The notes: generated by a model not told the origin, from the sequence alone. Shown: positions 1 to 10,960, numbered from the stretch's first letter. The stretch is 32,000 nucleotides of DNA from Pseudothioglobus sp. nBUS_23 (GCF_051201565.1 NZ_CP179200.1:1590001-1622000); one strand, 5' to 3'. Translations and numbers: made by a program.

Positions 1-209
1 CTGAAGTAGTTTGAATCAGCTCCAAACTGAATTAGGTCTTTATTAACAATCCTAAATTTAAATTTCTGAGGAATATACTTAATTAGCTTTCCTTCTTTTA
101 TTTCTATCGCCTGAGTCATCTCACAGTAATAAAGATCTCCAACCTTAGAAAAGGCACAAAAGGGCAACAAAAATAGAGCTAAAATCCAAAATAATTTTCT
201 CATTTTCAT
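1..209 (-). CDS. hypothetical exported protein, 5' part only (the gene continues past the left edge of the window)
   Basis: My reverse-strand translation from ATG at 209..207 stays open to base 1: MKMRKLFWILALFLLPFCAFSKVGDLYYCEMTQAIEIKEGKLIKYIPQKFKFRIVNKDLIQFGADSNYF... The basic N-terminus plus hydrophobic core resembles a Sec signal peptide. It is absent from the ORF track because it is open-ended. No family recognised. Confidence 0.4.
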   Translation of the reverse strand, partial: MKMRKLFWILALFLLPFCAFSKVGDLYYCEMTQAIEIKEGKLIKYIPQKFKFRIVNKDLIQFGADSNYF

Positions 210-340
210 CCTTAAATTAAATATTTATTAAAAAAAGTACCTTAATAATACATCGCATTTTTTTAATGTTTATATATTATTTAAATTAAATTTTATATGG
301 ATAATTGGTGATTTTTTTCAATAATCTAAAAGAATAAAAT

Positions 341-358
341 TCATATATATGATATAAT
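341..358 (+). promoter_or_regulatory. candidate -10 box TATAAT (353..358) abutted by a perfect 12-nt palindrome TCATATATATGA (341..352), upstream of the suyA-like gene
   Basis: Read directly from the sequence, 70 nt upstream of ATG 428. An AAGGAG Shine-Dalgarno sits at 417..422. The region is almost pure A+T, so chance occurrence is plausible. Confidence 0.25.
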
Positions 359-427
359 ATACTTCTCATTAAATTTTATTCTCAAAATTTAATCACGGTT
401 TTTTTTAAAAATTTATAAGGAGTAGGC

Positions 428-709
428 ATGATTCAATTTATAGTTCATGACGAAGACGATTCCGTCGGCGTTGTTACAGTTGAAGGGCTTAAAGCAAACG
501 ACACCCTTAAGGGGTGGATTATGGATCAAGATGTCTTAATTGATATTAAGATAAATCAAGACATTCCTATTGGTCACAAACTTGCTATTAAGGATCTGAA
601 TGAAGATGACACTGTCATCAAATATGGGGTAGATATTGGAAGAACAATTTCAAAGATTGCTGTTGGTGATCATCTACATGTTCATAACGTTAAAACAAAG
701 AGGTGGTAA
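428..709 (+). CDS. suyA: SAF-domain small subunit of a split UxaA-family enzyme; proposed (R)-sulfolactate sulfo-lyase subunit A
   Basis: 93 aa, resembling the N-terminal SAF domain of altronate dehydratase ([16 protein letters not shown]). Its stop overlaps the start of the large subunit (TAATG at 707..711). Context is an HpsN/O/P-like gene set. Confidence 0.6.
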   Translation: MIQFIVHDEDDSVGVVTVEGLKANDTLKGWIMDQDVLIDIKINQDIPIGHKLAIKDLNEDDTVIKYGVDIGRTISKIAVGDHLHVHNVKTKRW

Positions 710-1878
710 TGATAAATTTAGATCAAAAAATCTACGGATATAGACGCGACAACAATAGAGTAGGAATTCGCAACTACGTAGTCATTCTGCCTGTTGATGA
801 TATTTCAAATGCAGCATGTGAAGCGGTGAGTAATAATATTAAGGGAACAATCGCTCTTCCTCACCCTTATGGTAGACTTCAGTTTGGTGAGGACCTAGAT
901 CTTCATTTTAGAACAATGATTGGAACTGGTGCAAACCCTAACGTTGCTGCAGTTGTGGTTATTGGAATCGAACCGGACTGGACTCAAAAAATAGTTGATG
1001 GCATTGCTGCAACTGGTAAACCAGTTCAAGGCTTTTCTATCGAAAAGAAAGGCGATATCCAAACAATTGCTGATGCCTCAAAAGCAGCTTATGACATGGT
1101 TCATTATGCATCGGGACTGCAAAGAGAGCCTTGCGATATAAGTGAAATATGGGTATCAACCAAGTGTGGTGAGTCAGATACTACTTCAGGATTTGGAGCA
1201 AACCCAACAGTTGGAAATGCCTTTGATAAACTCTATGAAAAACAAAGCACACTCCTTTTTGGTGAAACCTCTGAGATTACAGGTGGTGAGCACTTGGTAA
1301 AGGCTAGATGTGCTAATGATGCCGTAGCAGATCAGTTCATGTTTATGTTCAATCGATACCAAGACATGATTGAGCGTTGGAAGACTGATGATCTTTCTGA
1401 TTCTCAGCCAACGAAAGGAAACATTGAAGGTGGCTTGACGACTATTGAGGAGAAAGCACTCGGAAATATTCAGAAAATTGGTAAGAAGTGTATGGTTGAT
1501 GGTGTCTTAGATAAAGCTGAAATGCCAACAAGCAAAGGCCTATGGTTCATGGATTCATCTTCTGCTGCTGCAGAGATGGTCACGTTATGTGCAGCCTCCG
1601 GATATGTTGCTCATTTATTCCCTACGGGTCAAGGAAACATTATTGGTAATCCAATCCTACCTGTGATCAAGGTTTGTGCAAACCCAAGAACAGTAAGGAC
1701 AATGTCTGAGCATGTTGATGTTGATGTAACTGCTCTTCTAAAGCGCGATATTAATATGGATCAGGCTGGGGATATGCTTCTTGAATCTCTTATCCATACA
1801 TCAAATGGAAGAATGACTGCGGCTGAAATACTTGGTCATCAAGAGTTTGTATTAACGCGTTTGTACGAGAGCGCATAG
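709..1878 (+). CDS. suyB: UxaA-family large subunit; proposed (R)-sulfolactate sulfo-lyase subunit B
   Basis: About 389 aa, resembling the C-terminal part of UxaA/GarD dehydratases. The ORF track starts at GTG 703. ATG 709 is the likelier start because it overlaps the suyA stop as TAATG and has AAGAGG 6 nt upstream. Confidence 0.65.
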   Translation: MINLDQKIYGYRRDNNRVGIRNYVVILPVDDISNAACEAVSNNIKGTIALPHPYGRLQFGEDLDLHFRTMIGTGANPNVAAVVVIGIEPDWTQKIVDGIAATGKPVQGFSIEKKGDIQTIADASKAAYDMVHYASGLQREPCDISEIWVSTKCGESDTTSGFGANPTVGNAFDKLYEKQSTLLFGETSEITGGEHLVKARCANDAVADQFMFMFNRYQDMIERWKTDDLSDSQPTKGNIEGGLTTIEEKALGNIQKIGKKCMVDGVLDKAEMPTSKGLWFMDSSSAAAEMVTLCAASGYVAHLFPTGQGNIIGNPILPVIKVCANPRTVRTMSEHVDVDVTALLKRDINMDQAGDMLLESLIHTSNGRMTAAEILGHQEFVLTRLYESA

Positions 1879-1898
1879 TTTAATTTTACTGAAGATAA

Positions 1899-3209
<1,311 letters not shown>

Positions 3210-3213
3210 TCTG

Positions 3214-3975
3214 ATGAGCTTATCAGACTTTTCTCTTGAGGATAAAGTTGCTCTGATAACTGGTGGTACGAGTGGACTAGGAAAAATGATGGCACTTGCG
3301 CTTGCAAAAGCAGGCGCATTTGTCTGGATAGCTAGCAGCCGAGACAACGCTGACGAGACGCTTCAAGAAATAAAACAGCAAGGCTCCAACGGCAGCTTTG
3401 TTCAAGTTGATGTGACCTCGAGTGATGCACTCGAGAAAACTGTCTCGCACATTCTTGAACAGTCAAGCAGGATAGATATTCTCATTAACGCTGCAGGAAT
3501 AAATCCAAGAACTTCAGCAGAAGAGTTAACACTCATCGATTGGCAAAAAACAATTGATATAAACCTAACGGCCCCCTTTTATTTAAGTCAACTAGTCGCT
3601 GATACTATGAGAGAGAATAACTGGGGAAGAATAATTAATATTGCCTCACTTCAGTCACTCAGAGCTTTTGATAATAGTATTCCTTATGGAGCAAGTAAGG
3701 GTGGAGTGATGCAGCTTACACGGGCACTGGCCCAAGCTTATTCCAAAGATGGTATTTTAGTCAATGCTATTGCACCAGGGTTTTTTCGCACAAACTTAAC
3801 AGAATCTCTATTTCAGAATCCTGATAAATTAAAGGAACTCGCCAACAAAACGATGATGGGCAGAAATGGCGAAGAAAAGGATATTTTTGGAATTAGCGTC
3901 TTTCTATGTAGCGATGCTAATTCCTATGTCACTGGTCAAACTGTATTTTTAGATGGAGGGTTTTCAGCAGCATGA
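3214..3975 (+). CDS. hpsO: short-chain dehydrogenase/reductase (SDR); proposed DHPS 2-dehydrogenase
   Basis: 253 aa with the TGGTSGLG cofactor motif, NAAG, and a YGASK catalytic Tyr/Lys. Position in the cluster supports the call. Confidence 0.55.
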   Translation: MSLSDFSLEDKVALITGGTSGLGKMMALALAKAGAFVWIASSRDNADETLQEIKQQGSNGSFVQVDVTSSDALEKTVSHILEQSSRIDILINAAGINPRTSAEELTLIDWQKTIDINLTAPFYLSQLVADTMRENNWGRIINIASLQSLRAFDNSIPYGASKGGVMQLTRALAQAYSKDGILVNAIAPGFFRTNLTESLFQNPDKLKELANKTMMGRNGEEKDIFGISVFLCSDANSYVTGQTVFLDGGFSAA

Positions 3976-4982
3976 TAGAAAAAATGGAAGCAGTGGTCTA
4001 TACCGCACCGAATGAAATGACTTTTTTCCCTGAATATAAATCAACCCAGCTTGATCGAGATGATGACGTTTTATTAAAAATTGAATCAGTCGGTATTTGT
4101 GGATCTGATATGCATGCCTTTCATGGAAAAGATCCACGGAGGAATCCTGGTCTTATTCTTGGACACGAGTTCTGCGGTGAAATTGTTGAAGGCGCTCACA
4201 AAGGACAAAAGGTCACTGGCAATCCCCTGATTACTTGTGGGAAGTGTGAATACTGCCTGCAAGGAAGAGACAATCTATGTAGTGACAGAGATATGATTGG
4301 TATGAGCAGGCAAGGCGCTTTTGCTCAATACATGACAATACCAAATCAATGTCTTGTTCATGCGCCCAATTCGATGAACTCGAATCACGTTGCAATGACA
4401 GAACCTGCGGCAACTGTTGTTCATGCTGTGAACTTAGCAAAAGAGAGCTCATTCAAACCAATCAATGAATGCAATGTTCTCGTTATTGGTGCAGGAGCAA
4501 TTGGATTACTTGCAGCCCTTCTTCTAAAGTCAGAGGGCGTCAAGATGACGGTTTTAGAGACCAATGAGGCTCGCCATCAGTGCGTTAAAGAGCATGTTGG
4601 TGTGATTCCAGTCAACCCGATCAATCAGTCTGTTAGTGAAGACAGCTATGATGTTGTTATTGATTGTGTAGGAAGTGAGAAAACCAACGCCTTATCTATT
4701 GCCTCAGTGAGTGCTGGAGGAACTGTTGTTAATGTAGGACTTCTGAGCTGGAGTAGTACCATTGATATTCGTAAAATCACGCTGCAGGAGATTAAACTTA
4801 TCGGATGTTATACCTACAATATGGAAGATTTTAAGTCTGCACTTAACTCAATTGAGAAAGGCGCTTTTGGCGATCTTTCATGGGTTGAGGAGATGCCTTT
4901 GTCTGAAACTAATTTAGCTTTTCAAAGTTTACATAATGGTACAATGGCGTCAGCCAAGGTTATTTTAAAACCCTCTTTTTAA
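3972..4982 (+). CDS. hpsP: zinc-dependent medium-chain alcohol dehydrogenase (threonine/sorbitol dehydrogenase-like); proposed second DHPS 2-dehydrogenase
   Basis: 336 aa with GICGSDMH and GHEFCGE zinc-site motifs, a structural-zinc Cys cluster (CGKCEYCLQGRDNLC) and a GAGAIG Rossmann motif. Its ATGA overlaps the upstream stop at 3972..3975. Confidence 0.55.
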   Translation: MIEKMEAVVYTAPNEMTFFPEYKSTQLDRDDDVLLKIESVGICGSDMHAFHGKDPRRNPGLILGHEFCGEIVEGAHKGQKVTGNPLITCGKCEYCLQGRDNLCSDRDMIGMSRQGAFAQYMTIPNQCLVHAPNSMNSNHVAMTEPAATVVHAVNLAKESSFKPINECNVLVIGAGAIGLLAALLLKSEGVKMTVLETNEARHQCVKEHVGVIPVNPINQSVSEDSYDVVIDCVGSEKTNALSIASVSAGGTVVNVGLLSWSSTIDIRKITLQEIKLIGCYTYNMEDFKSALNSIEKGAFGDLSWVEEMPLSETNLAFQSLHNGTMASAKVILKPSF

Positions 4983-4998
4983 TAAAAATCAAACATTT

Positions 4999-5772
4999 AT
5001 GAGTATTACTGATCTGAAATTTGACATTGACAGAGAAAGTAAGACTCCGCTCTGGCTTCAAATTAGAAACGAGCTATTTAATTGCCTTTATCGTGACGAA
5101 CTCAGGCCTGGCCAGCTCATTCCCAATGAAAAAACCCTAGTAGAGCTTTTCAACGTTTCAATTGGAACGATTCGCAAGGCGGTTGGGATGCTTGAAAAGG
5201 AAGGCTTTCTAATCAGGAAACAAGGTTTAGGTACTTTTGTATTTCAGCATGACAATAGTAGTTTTCTTTTTGAATATTTTCATTTTGCTCTCAACGGTAG
5301 TGATGAGAAACAAAGTCCCAATGTTGAATTTATTTCTTTTGAAACAAAGAAGGCAACTAAGTCTCAGGCTGCAGAATTAGGATTAGCCACAGGAAGTCCC
5401 GTGTTTCAGATTTATAACAAGCTTGGGCTCAATAAAAAGTTTTATATTGTTGATAAAATCATAATCCCTCAAGACAAATTTCCTGGGATGACAGAGGAAA
5501 TTTTTAAAGGTCGAGCAAACACTATTTACAATCTTTATCAGAACAAGTTTAATATATTCATTACGAATTGCTCTGAAAAACTCAAAGCTATTTCTGCTGA
5601 TGAGAAAATATCTAAGCTCTTAAATATTCCATCCAATGCGCCGATTTTAAAAATCAATCGAGTAGGCCAAACTTACAATAATGTAACTATTGAACTGAGG
5701 ACGTCTTATGTTCATACAAGTGATATAGACTATATTCACTCGCAAAACAGTACCTTTGGTGAGTCCATCTAA
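4999..5772 (+). CDS. GntR-family transcriptional regulator, HutC/UTRA subfamily
   Basis: 257 aa. The N-terminal winged HTH (LPNEKTLVELFNVSIGTIRKAVGMLEKEGFLIRKQGLGTFV) is followed by a UTRA-like effector domain of about 170 aa. It is the last gene of the plus-strand cluster. Confidence 0.85.
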   Translation: MSITDLKFDIDRESKTPLWLQIRNELFNCLYRDELRPGQLIPNEKTLVELFNVSIGTIRKAVGMLEKEGFLIRKQGLGTFVFQHDNSSFLFEYFHFALNGSDEKQSPNVEFISFETKKATKSQAAELGLATGSPVFQIYNKLGLNKKFYIVDKIIIPQDKFPGMTEEIFKGRANTIYNLYQNKFNIFITNCSEKLKAISADEKISKLLNIPSNAPILKINRVGQTYNNVTIELRTSYVHTSDIDYIHSQNSTFGESI

Positions 5773-5863
5773 TATTTAAAAAGTCTTTAAGATTTCAGTC
5801 TGATGATTAATCATCATTAAAAAAGGGCACTAAATGCACTTTTTTTAAGATTCTTAATCTAGA

Positions 5864-7180
5864 TTAACCATACAAATATGTTGGAAGCCAGAGCACAATT
5901 TGTGGGAAGATTATAATTAACGCTAATCCGATGACCTGAATTACCATAAACTGCATCATTCCCTTATAGATGTCTGAAAGGTCCCACTCAGGGACTACTC
6001 CCTTGAGAAAGTAGGCCGATAGCGCAACAGGAGGAGACAGCCAAGCAGTCTGAAGATTGACTGCAACTAGAATACCAAACCAAGTCAGATTGAATCCTAA
6101 CTGCTCAATAAGAGGCAAGACAATTGGAATAATAATTAACACAATTGGAACCCACTCTAATGGCCATGCCAGTAGAAAAATTAAAGCCATAATAATTAAT
6201 AGAATGGCAGTTGGGGGAAGATCAAGCAACATCAATGCCTCAGTTATCATAGTTGGAGTTCCTAGTCTTGAAAAAACCGCTCCAAAGAAGTTCGATGCAC
6301 AAACCAATACCATGATTAATGTAGTAATCTCTAAAGTTTTTAACAGTGAACTTTTAAAAGATTCGAAGGTTAGTTTTCGATAAGCCAAAGTTAATAATAT
6401 TGCACCAACAGCACCCATGGCTGCGCCTTCAGTTGCAGTAGCCCAGCCTGCCAGAATACTTCCTAGAGACGATCCAACTAGAAGTACTGGTGGAACGAGG
6501 CCTTTGAAAAACTCTTTCCATACTTCACTCATAGAGTCTGGAATTAAGTCCTCTGGGACAACTGGGCCTAGAGCTGGATTGAGGTGGCATCTGATCAGTG
6601 TATAACCGGTGTATAGAGCTGCCAACATCAATCCTGGAACAATTGCAGCGGCAAACAAATCAGTCACAGGAACGTTAAGAATAGGCCCCATAACAACGAG
6701 CATAATGCTGGGAGGAATCAAGATACCAAGTGTACCACCAGCCGTAATTGAGCCCGCTGCAAGACGCACATCATAGCCTGATCGATTCATAGTCTTGGCA
6801 GACATGATTCCTAAAATAGTGACCGAAGCACCCACGATTCCTGTTGCAGCTCCAAAGATTGTAGCAACGAAAAGAACAGCAACGAACAAGGATCCCTTGG
6901 TTCTCGCAAGGGCCATCTGAACGGAGGTAAATAATCGCTCCATGAGGTTTGCCTTCTCCATGAGAATTCCCATAAAAGTAAATAGAGGGATAGCCGCAAG
7001 AGTTTGCTCCAGCATACTTCCCGAAAACTGGAAGGTCATGAGATAGAAAACAAGGTCTCCAAAGCCCAAGTAGCCAAAAAATACGCCTAGAAATATCAGC
7101 GTGAATGAAATTGGAAAGCCAATAAATATGGCAAACAGCATTGTTAAAATTAGGACAATGCCTAATACTTCTGGACTCAT
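5864..7180 (-). CDS. dctM: TRAP transporter large permease subunit (DctM family)
   Basis: About 438 aa, polytopic and hydrophobic, adjacent to DctQ and DctP genes. The ORF track starts at 7186. ATG 7180 is likelier because it forms an ATGA overlap with the dctQ stop and has GGAG 6 nt upstream. Confidence 0.9.
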   Translation of the reverse strand: MSPEVLGIVLILTMLFAIFIGFPISFTLIFLGVFFGYLGFGDLVFYLMTFQFSGSMLEQTLAAIPLFTFMGILMEKANLMERLFTSVQMALARTKGSLFVAVLFVATIFGAATGIVGASVTILGIMSAKTMNRSGYDVRLAAGSITAGGTLGILIPPSIMLVVMGPILNVPVTDLFAAAIVPGLMLAALYTGYTLIRCHLNPALGPVVPEDLIPDSMSEVWKEFFKGLVPPVLLVGSSLGSILAGWATATEGAAMGAVGAILLTLAYRKLTFESFKSSLLKTLEITTLIMVLVCASNFFGAVFSRLGTPTMITEALMLLDLPPTAILLIIMALIFLLAWPLEWVPIVLIIIPIVLPLIEQLGFNLTWFGILVAVNLQTAWLSPPVALSAYFLKGVVPEWDLSDIYKGMMQFMVIQVIGLALIIIFPQIVLWLPTYLYG

Positions 7181-7785
7181 GGCCATCTCCTATTTTTTAC
7201 AGCATAGATGCATTTAAGCGTTTCAGAAATGCCTTGAATTAATAGAAATATAAAACCTATAAATAAAGCAAATTTGATTGGGTACATTAGAGGCATCCAC
7301 GCAGTGTCCATTCCTCTTTCCATTTGTGACCAGGACTTATAGGCATATTTATAGCAAGCCCATGCAGCACCACTAATTCCTGGAAAATAAAATAATAGAT
7401 AAAGCGTCAAATCAATCGTTGCTTGGGTTTTTACAGACCAGTTACGATACATAAAGTCTGCTCGAATATGAACTCCCTTTGAAAGGGCGTAACCAGCACC
7501 AAGCATAAACATAGCGCCCGCACCCATCCGACTAATGTCATAAGCCCACATCGTTGGCGAGCCAAAAAAATGCCTTCCAGTCACCTCTATAAACATGGAT
7601 ACAAATACGGGAACTGTGAGCCAACAAGCTATCTGTCCAACCTTGAGACTAAACCAGTCAATACCAAGAATAGTTCTTGCCATTATTTTTGGCATATCAT
7701 CAGGCATAACACCTGTGTATGATCTGCCTTCAGCGATCATTTCATCGGTAATGTCTAATTGACCAATATCTTCTTCCTCTGACAT
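7177..7785 (-). CDS. dctQ: TRAP transporter small permease subunit (DctQ family)
   Basis: About 202 aa with 4 predicted TM helices, lying between the SBP and DctM genes. The ORF track start at 7794 is GTG. ATG 7785 has AGGTG 6 nt upstream. Confidence 0.85.
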   Translation of the reverse strand: MSEEEDIGQLDITDEMIAEGRSYTGVMPDDMPKIMARTILGIDWFSLKVGQIACWLTVPVFVSMFIEVTGRHFFGSPTMWAYDISRMGAGAMFMLGAGYALSKGVHIRADFMYRNWSVKTQATIDLTLYLLFYFPGISGAAWACYKYAYKSWSQMERGMDTAWMPLMYPIKFALFIGFIFLLIQGISETLKCIYAVKNRRWP

Positions 7786-7930
7786 AAATTGCACCTAATT
7801 TATAAACTAAAAAAATTTAAATCATTGTAACAAAACTGGAGGGTTTTAAAAATAAAACCCTAGAAAATTAAGGCTTATCTAACTCTGGGATAAAGGAGAA
7901 CCCAAAGTTAGAAAAAGCCGGCTTGTGATT

Positions 7931-7966
7931 AAAAAAAGTTGCCAACAGCATTCACTATTGGCAACT
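7931..7966 (-). terminator. rho-independent terminator or attenuator just downstream of the TRAP substrate-binding-protein gene
   Basis: On the minus strand: AGTTGCCAA-(12 nt loop)-TTGGCAACT, a perfect 9-bp stem (7937..7945 / 7958..7966) followed by a T run (7931..7936). It lies 26 nt after the stop at 7992. Confidence 0.6.
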
Positions 7967-7991
7967 TAATTACAAGTCTTACGATGGATCT

Positions 7992-9089
7992 TTACTTCAA
8001 AGTCTCAGCAAAAGCAAGACCTAGCTTAGCGTTAGACGCTTGAGCACCTGACCAGAAAGGTACCGCAATCTTTGCGAAATCTTTCTGTGATTGCCAAACC
8101 TCTGCGAAGAATGCATTATCTTCAGCATTTTGAGCAAGTGTGGCATTTGCAGCAGCCATATACTCAGAGAAGTAGTCGTCTGGAGTATCCATTAACTTAA
8201 CACCATAGTTAGTTAACAAGTCATCCAAAGCCTTACCGTTATTGTAGATACGGTTAGAAAGTGAATCTAGCCTTGCAGCTCTTGCAGCAATTTCGATAGC
8301 TCTTTGGTCACTTTCAGAGATCTCATTCCATCTGTCACCATTGATATACATGTCAGCGTTTACAACGTTCTGGTGAAGTCCTTGTAAGTAGTAATACTTA
8401 AGAACTTTTTGGAAACCGAAGTCTCTGTCAGGCTCTGGGCAGCACCATTCCGCTGCGTCAATTACGCCTTTCTCAAGAGCTGGAAGAATATCTCCACCAC
8501 CCATAGCTACAGCTGCGACACCAATATCCTTGTACGTCTGCCCTGGGATCCCTGGAGGGGCACGAAATCTAAGCTTTCGGAAGTCATCCATGCTGTTAAT
8601 TGGCTCTTTGAACCAACCTAGAGCTTCAGGGCCTACTGGTTGAAGCATCAAACCATGGACATTTAAGTCCATCTCGTCCCAAAGTTGCTTGTAGAGCTCT
8701 TTACCGCCTGCACTATGAAACCATGAAAGAAAAGCGATGTTATCAATACCAACACCAGCACCAGCGATTGGTGAGCCGAATAGCATTGCTGCTGGGTGCT
8801 TACCAGACCAGTAGTGAGTCCATGCAAATCCGCCATCAATCAAACCTGCGTCAACCGCATCGATAAGATCAAGGTTAGGAACTACAGAACCGCCAGGTAA
8901 AACTTCAATTGTTACTCTGCCATTAGTTAAGGCAGCAACGTCTTCTGCAAAATCTCTAACGTAGCCAACTTCACTACCAGTAGAACTTAATACAGACTGA
9001 ACTTTTAAATGGACATGGCCATCAGCAATAGCGCTTGAACTAAACGCGACTAGTGCAGCAGCCAGTAAACCAACTTTATTTTTAAACAT
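7992..9089 (-). CDS. dctP: TRAP transporter substrate-binding protein (DctP-type periplasmic solute receptor)
   Basis: 365 aa with signal peptide MFKNKVGLLAAALVAFSSSAIA. It resembles the TRAP SBP group associated with mannitol/chloroaromatic-type (COG4663-like) systems. It is the first gene of the dctPQM unit. Confidence 0.85.
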   Translation of the reverse strand: MFKNKVGLLAAALVAFSSSAIADGHVHLKVQSVLSSTGSEVGYVRDFAEDVAALTNGRVTIEVLPGGSVVPNLDLIDAVDAGLIDGGFAWTHYWSGKHPAAMLFGSPIAGAGVGIDNIAFLSWFHSAGGKELYKQLWDEMDLNVHGLMLQPVGPEALGWFKEPINSMDDFRKLRFRAPPGIPGQTYKDIGVAAVAMGGGDILPALEKGVIDAAEWCCPEPDRDFGFQKVLKYYYLQGLHQNVVNADMYINGDRWNEISESDQRAIEIAARAARLDSLSNRIYNNGKALDDLLTNYGVKLMDTPDDYFSEYMAAANATLAQNAEDNAFFAEVWQSQKDFAKIAVPFWSGAQASNAKLGLAFAETLK

Positions 9090-9156
9090 AAAATCTCCTA
9101 ATTTTTAAACATTAATAGATAAATACACAATAAAATTAAGTATTTAGCTAAAACCC

Positions 9157-9173
9157 AGTATACATCAATTGAT
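9157..9173. promoter_or_regulatory. AGTATACATCAA 12-mer (9157..9168) overlapping the perfect palindrome ATCAATTGAT (9164..9173); candidate operator or promoter element
   Basis: Read directly; 68-84 nt upstream of the TRAP SBP start (9089). The identical 12-mer recurs at 29362..29373 upstream of the ABC SBP gene. Confidence 0.3.
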
Positions 9174-9337
9174 ATATATCTTTCAATCTATTTTTAAAAA
9201 AAATTTATATGTTTTTTTTATTCATAACTAGATGGGCTAGAGTTTTACCTATAATTGTCATATTGATTTTGGAGTTACTGTTTTTTAAAAAAATAATTCA
9301 TTTTTATATCCTTTTTGATTAAATAATTTTATGAATA

Positions 9338-10960
9338 ATGATGCCTAAGGAATATGATTACATTATTGTAGGCGCAGGGTCAGCAGGTTGTTTACTAGCT
9401 AACAGACTCTCCTCAGTGCCCGAGAACAAAGTGTTATTGATTGAGGCTGGGCGCAGAGATAACAATCTCTGGCTGCATGTCCCGGTGGGTTATTTTAAAA
9501 CAATGAATAATCCAAAATTTGATTGGATGTATAAGCTCGAAAAGGACAAAGGGTTAAACAATAGAAGGATTGACTGGCCAAGGGGGAAGGTTCTTGGCGG
9601 CTCTAGTGCACTGAATGGACTTCTATACATTAGAGGTGACAGGCACGATTATGATAATTGGGAGAAACTGGGAAACAAAGGTTGGTCCTATAGAGATGTG
9701 CTTCCTCTATTTAAAAAATTTGAGTGCCAAGAAAATGGTGAAAATGAATATCACGGAATTGATGGAGAATTAAAAGTTTCCAATCTCAGATTAAGAAGAA
9801 AAATAGCAGATCTTTTTATTAAAGCCTCGGAGGAGATTGGAATTCCATTTAATGCTGATTGCAATGGTGAAAAACAAGAGGGTGTTGGATACTTTCAACA
9901 GACAACGCATAAAGGATTTAGGAGAAGCTCATACCGCTCTTTTTTGAATGGTAAAGTTAGAGCAAGAAAAAATTTAACAATCATGACCAACACTCAAATT
10001 AGTAAGGTCATTTTTGATGGCTCTAAAGCAATAGGGGTCGATTGCCTTCAAAAGAGGAGTAAGGAAAATCTTACTATCCATGCAAATAAAGAGGTTATAT
10101 TGTCTGCCGGCGCTATTAGCTCACCTCAAATTTTGCAGCTTTCAGGTATTGGAGATGAAAACTTACTCAATAAGCTTGACATTAAAACGATTCATCATAA
10201 TCCTGCGGTTGGCAAGAATCTTCAAGACCATCTCCAAATCAGACTGGTCTATAAAACCAACACTAGAACCCTTAATGATGAGCTCAATACATGGTGGAAA
10301 AAGGCGCTCATTGGAATGCAATATATTCTCTTTAGGACAGGCCCCTTAACTTTGAGCGCCAGTCAGGTTTTTGCTTTCACTAATACTTCTTTGGATGGTT
10401 CTCGGCCAAACATACAATTTCATATGCAGCCTCTAAGTGCAGATAAGCCTGGAGATGGTGTCCATCCATTTTCAGCATTTACAATGTCAGTTTGTAATCT
10501 CAGACCAGAGAGCAGAGGAGAGGTTTCTATCCACTCCTCAAACCCTAAAGACCTCCCTACAATTATCCCAAATTACCTTTCAACAAAATCTGACAGAGAG
10601 GTCGCGGTAGAATCAATCAAGGTCGCTCGAAAAATTGCACAGGCTAACTCAATCAAAGAACACATACTCGATGAGTTTGTTCCCGGCGAATCTTTCTCTT
10701 CTGATGAAGAGTTATTAGAAGTTGCAAGAAATCATAGCCAGAGCATCTATCATCCAGTTGGGACTTGCAAAATGGGTCATGACAAAGAGAGTGTGGTAGA
10801 TGACCAGTTAAGGGTGCATGGTGTCAAAAACTTAAGGGTGGTTGATGCTTCAATCATGCCCGAACTGGTATCAGGAAACACTAATGCGCCTACTATGATG
10901 ATCGCAGAAAAGGCCGCTGAAATGATTCTTGGAAATAGTCATTCGGGTTTGACTAACTAG
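9338..10960 (+). CDS. GMC-family FAD oxidoreductase (choline-dehydrogenase-like)
   Basis: 540 aa with the N-terminal FAD fold [19 protein letters not shown], a [14 protein letters not shown] signature and the C-terminal HPVGTCKMG ... DASIMP active-site region. Substrate cannot be read from the sequence. Confidence 0.9.
   Translation: MMPKEYDYIIVGAGSAGCLLANRLSSVPENKVLLIEAGRRDNNLWLHVPVGYFKTMNNPKFDWMYKLEKDKGLNNRRIDWPRGKVLGGSSALNGLLYIRGDRHDYDNWEKLGNKGWSYRDVLPLFKKFECQENGENEYHGIDGELKVSNLRLRRKIADLFIKASEEIGIPFNADCNGEKQEGVGYFQQTTHKGFRRSSYRSFLNGKVRARKNLTIMTNTQISKVIFDGSKAIGVDCLQKRSKENLTIHANKEVILSAGAISSPQILQLSGIGDENLLNKLDIKTIHHNPAVGKNLQDHLQIRLVYKTNTRTLNDELNTWWKKALIGMQYILFRTGPLTLSASQVFAFTNTSLDGSRPNIQFHMQPLSADKPGDGVHPFSAFTMSVCNLRPESRGEVSIHSSNPKDLPTIIPNYLSTKSDREVAVESIKVARKIAQANSIKEHILDEFVPGESFSSDEELLEVARNHSQSIYHPVGTCKMGHDKESVVDDQLRVHGVKNLRVVDASIMPELVSGNTNAPTMMIAEKAAEMILGNSHSGLTN

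Noticed and set aside
428-1878. Calling the SAF plus UxaA-like pair altronate or galactarate dehydratase (hexuronate catabolism)
   Set aside because: The enzyme is split into about 90-aa and 390-aa subunits, as in SuyAB. No uxaB/uxaC/kdg genes are adjacent, and the neighbours are HpsN/O/P-type dehydrogenases. A different dehydratase specificity cannot be formally excluded without phylogeny.
5801-5816. Perfect palindrome TGATGATTAATCATCA between the convergent GntR and dctM genes, considered as a bidirectional terminator
   Set aside because: The stem would be only 6 A/T-rich bp around a 4-nt loop, and it is not followed by a proper U run on either strand. The neighbouring GCA...TGC stem before the T run at 5840 is only 3 bp. 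This is too weak to call.
6057-8621. ORFs 6057..6383(+), 6417..6605(+), 6811..6999(-) and 8409..8621(+) within the TRAP genes
   Set aside because: They are antisense or out of frame with respect to dctM and dctP. These are typical shadow ORFs opposite hydrophobic membrane-protein codons.
9164-9173. Interpreting the TTGAT/ATCAA palindromes (also 29321..29330) as FNR or CRP sites
   Set aside because: The FNR consensus is TTGAT-N4-ATCAA and the CRP consensus is TGTGA-N6-TCACA. Here the half-sites are inverted (ATCAA-TTGAT) or have zero spacing, so the geometry does not fit either regulator.
9209-9322. 37-codon ORF (MFFLFITRWARVLPIIVILILELLFFKKIIHFYILFD) in the spacer upstream of the GMC gene; possible leader or membrane micropeptide
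   Set aside because: It is built almost entirely from T-rich codons in an A+T-only spacer and has no Shine-Dalgarno. A frame like this is expected by chance in such sequence. It would need ribosome-profiling support.
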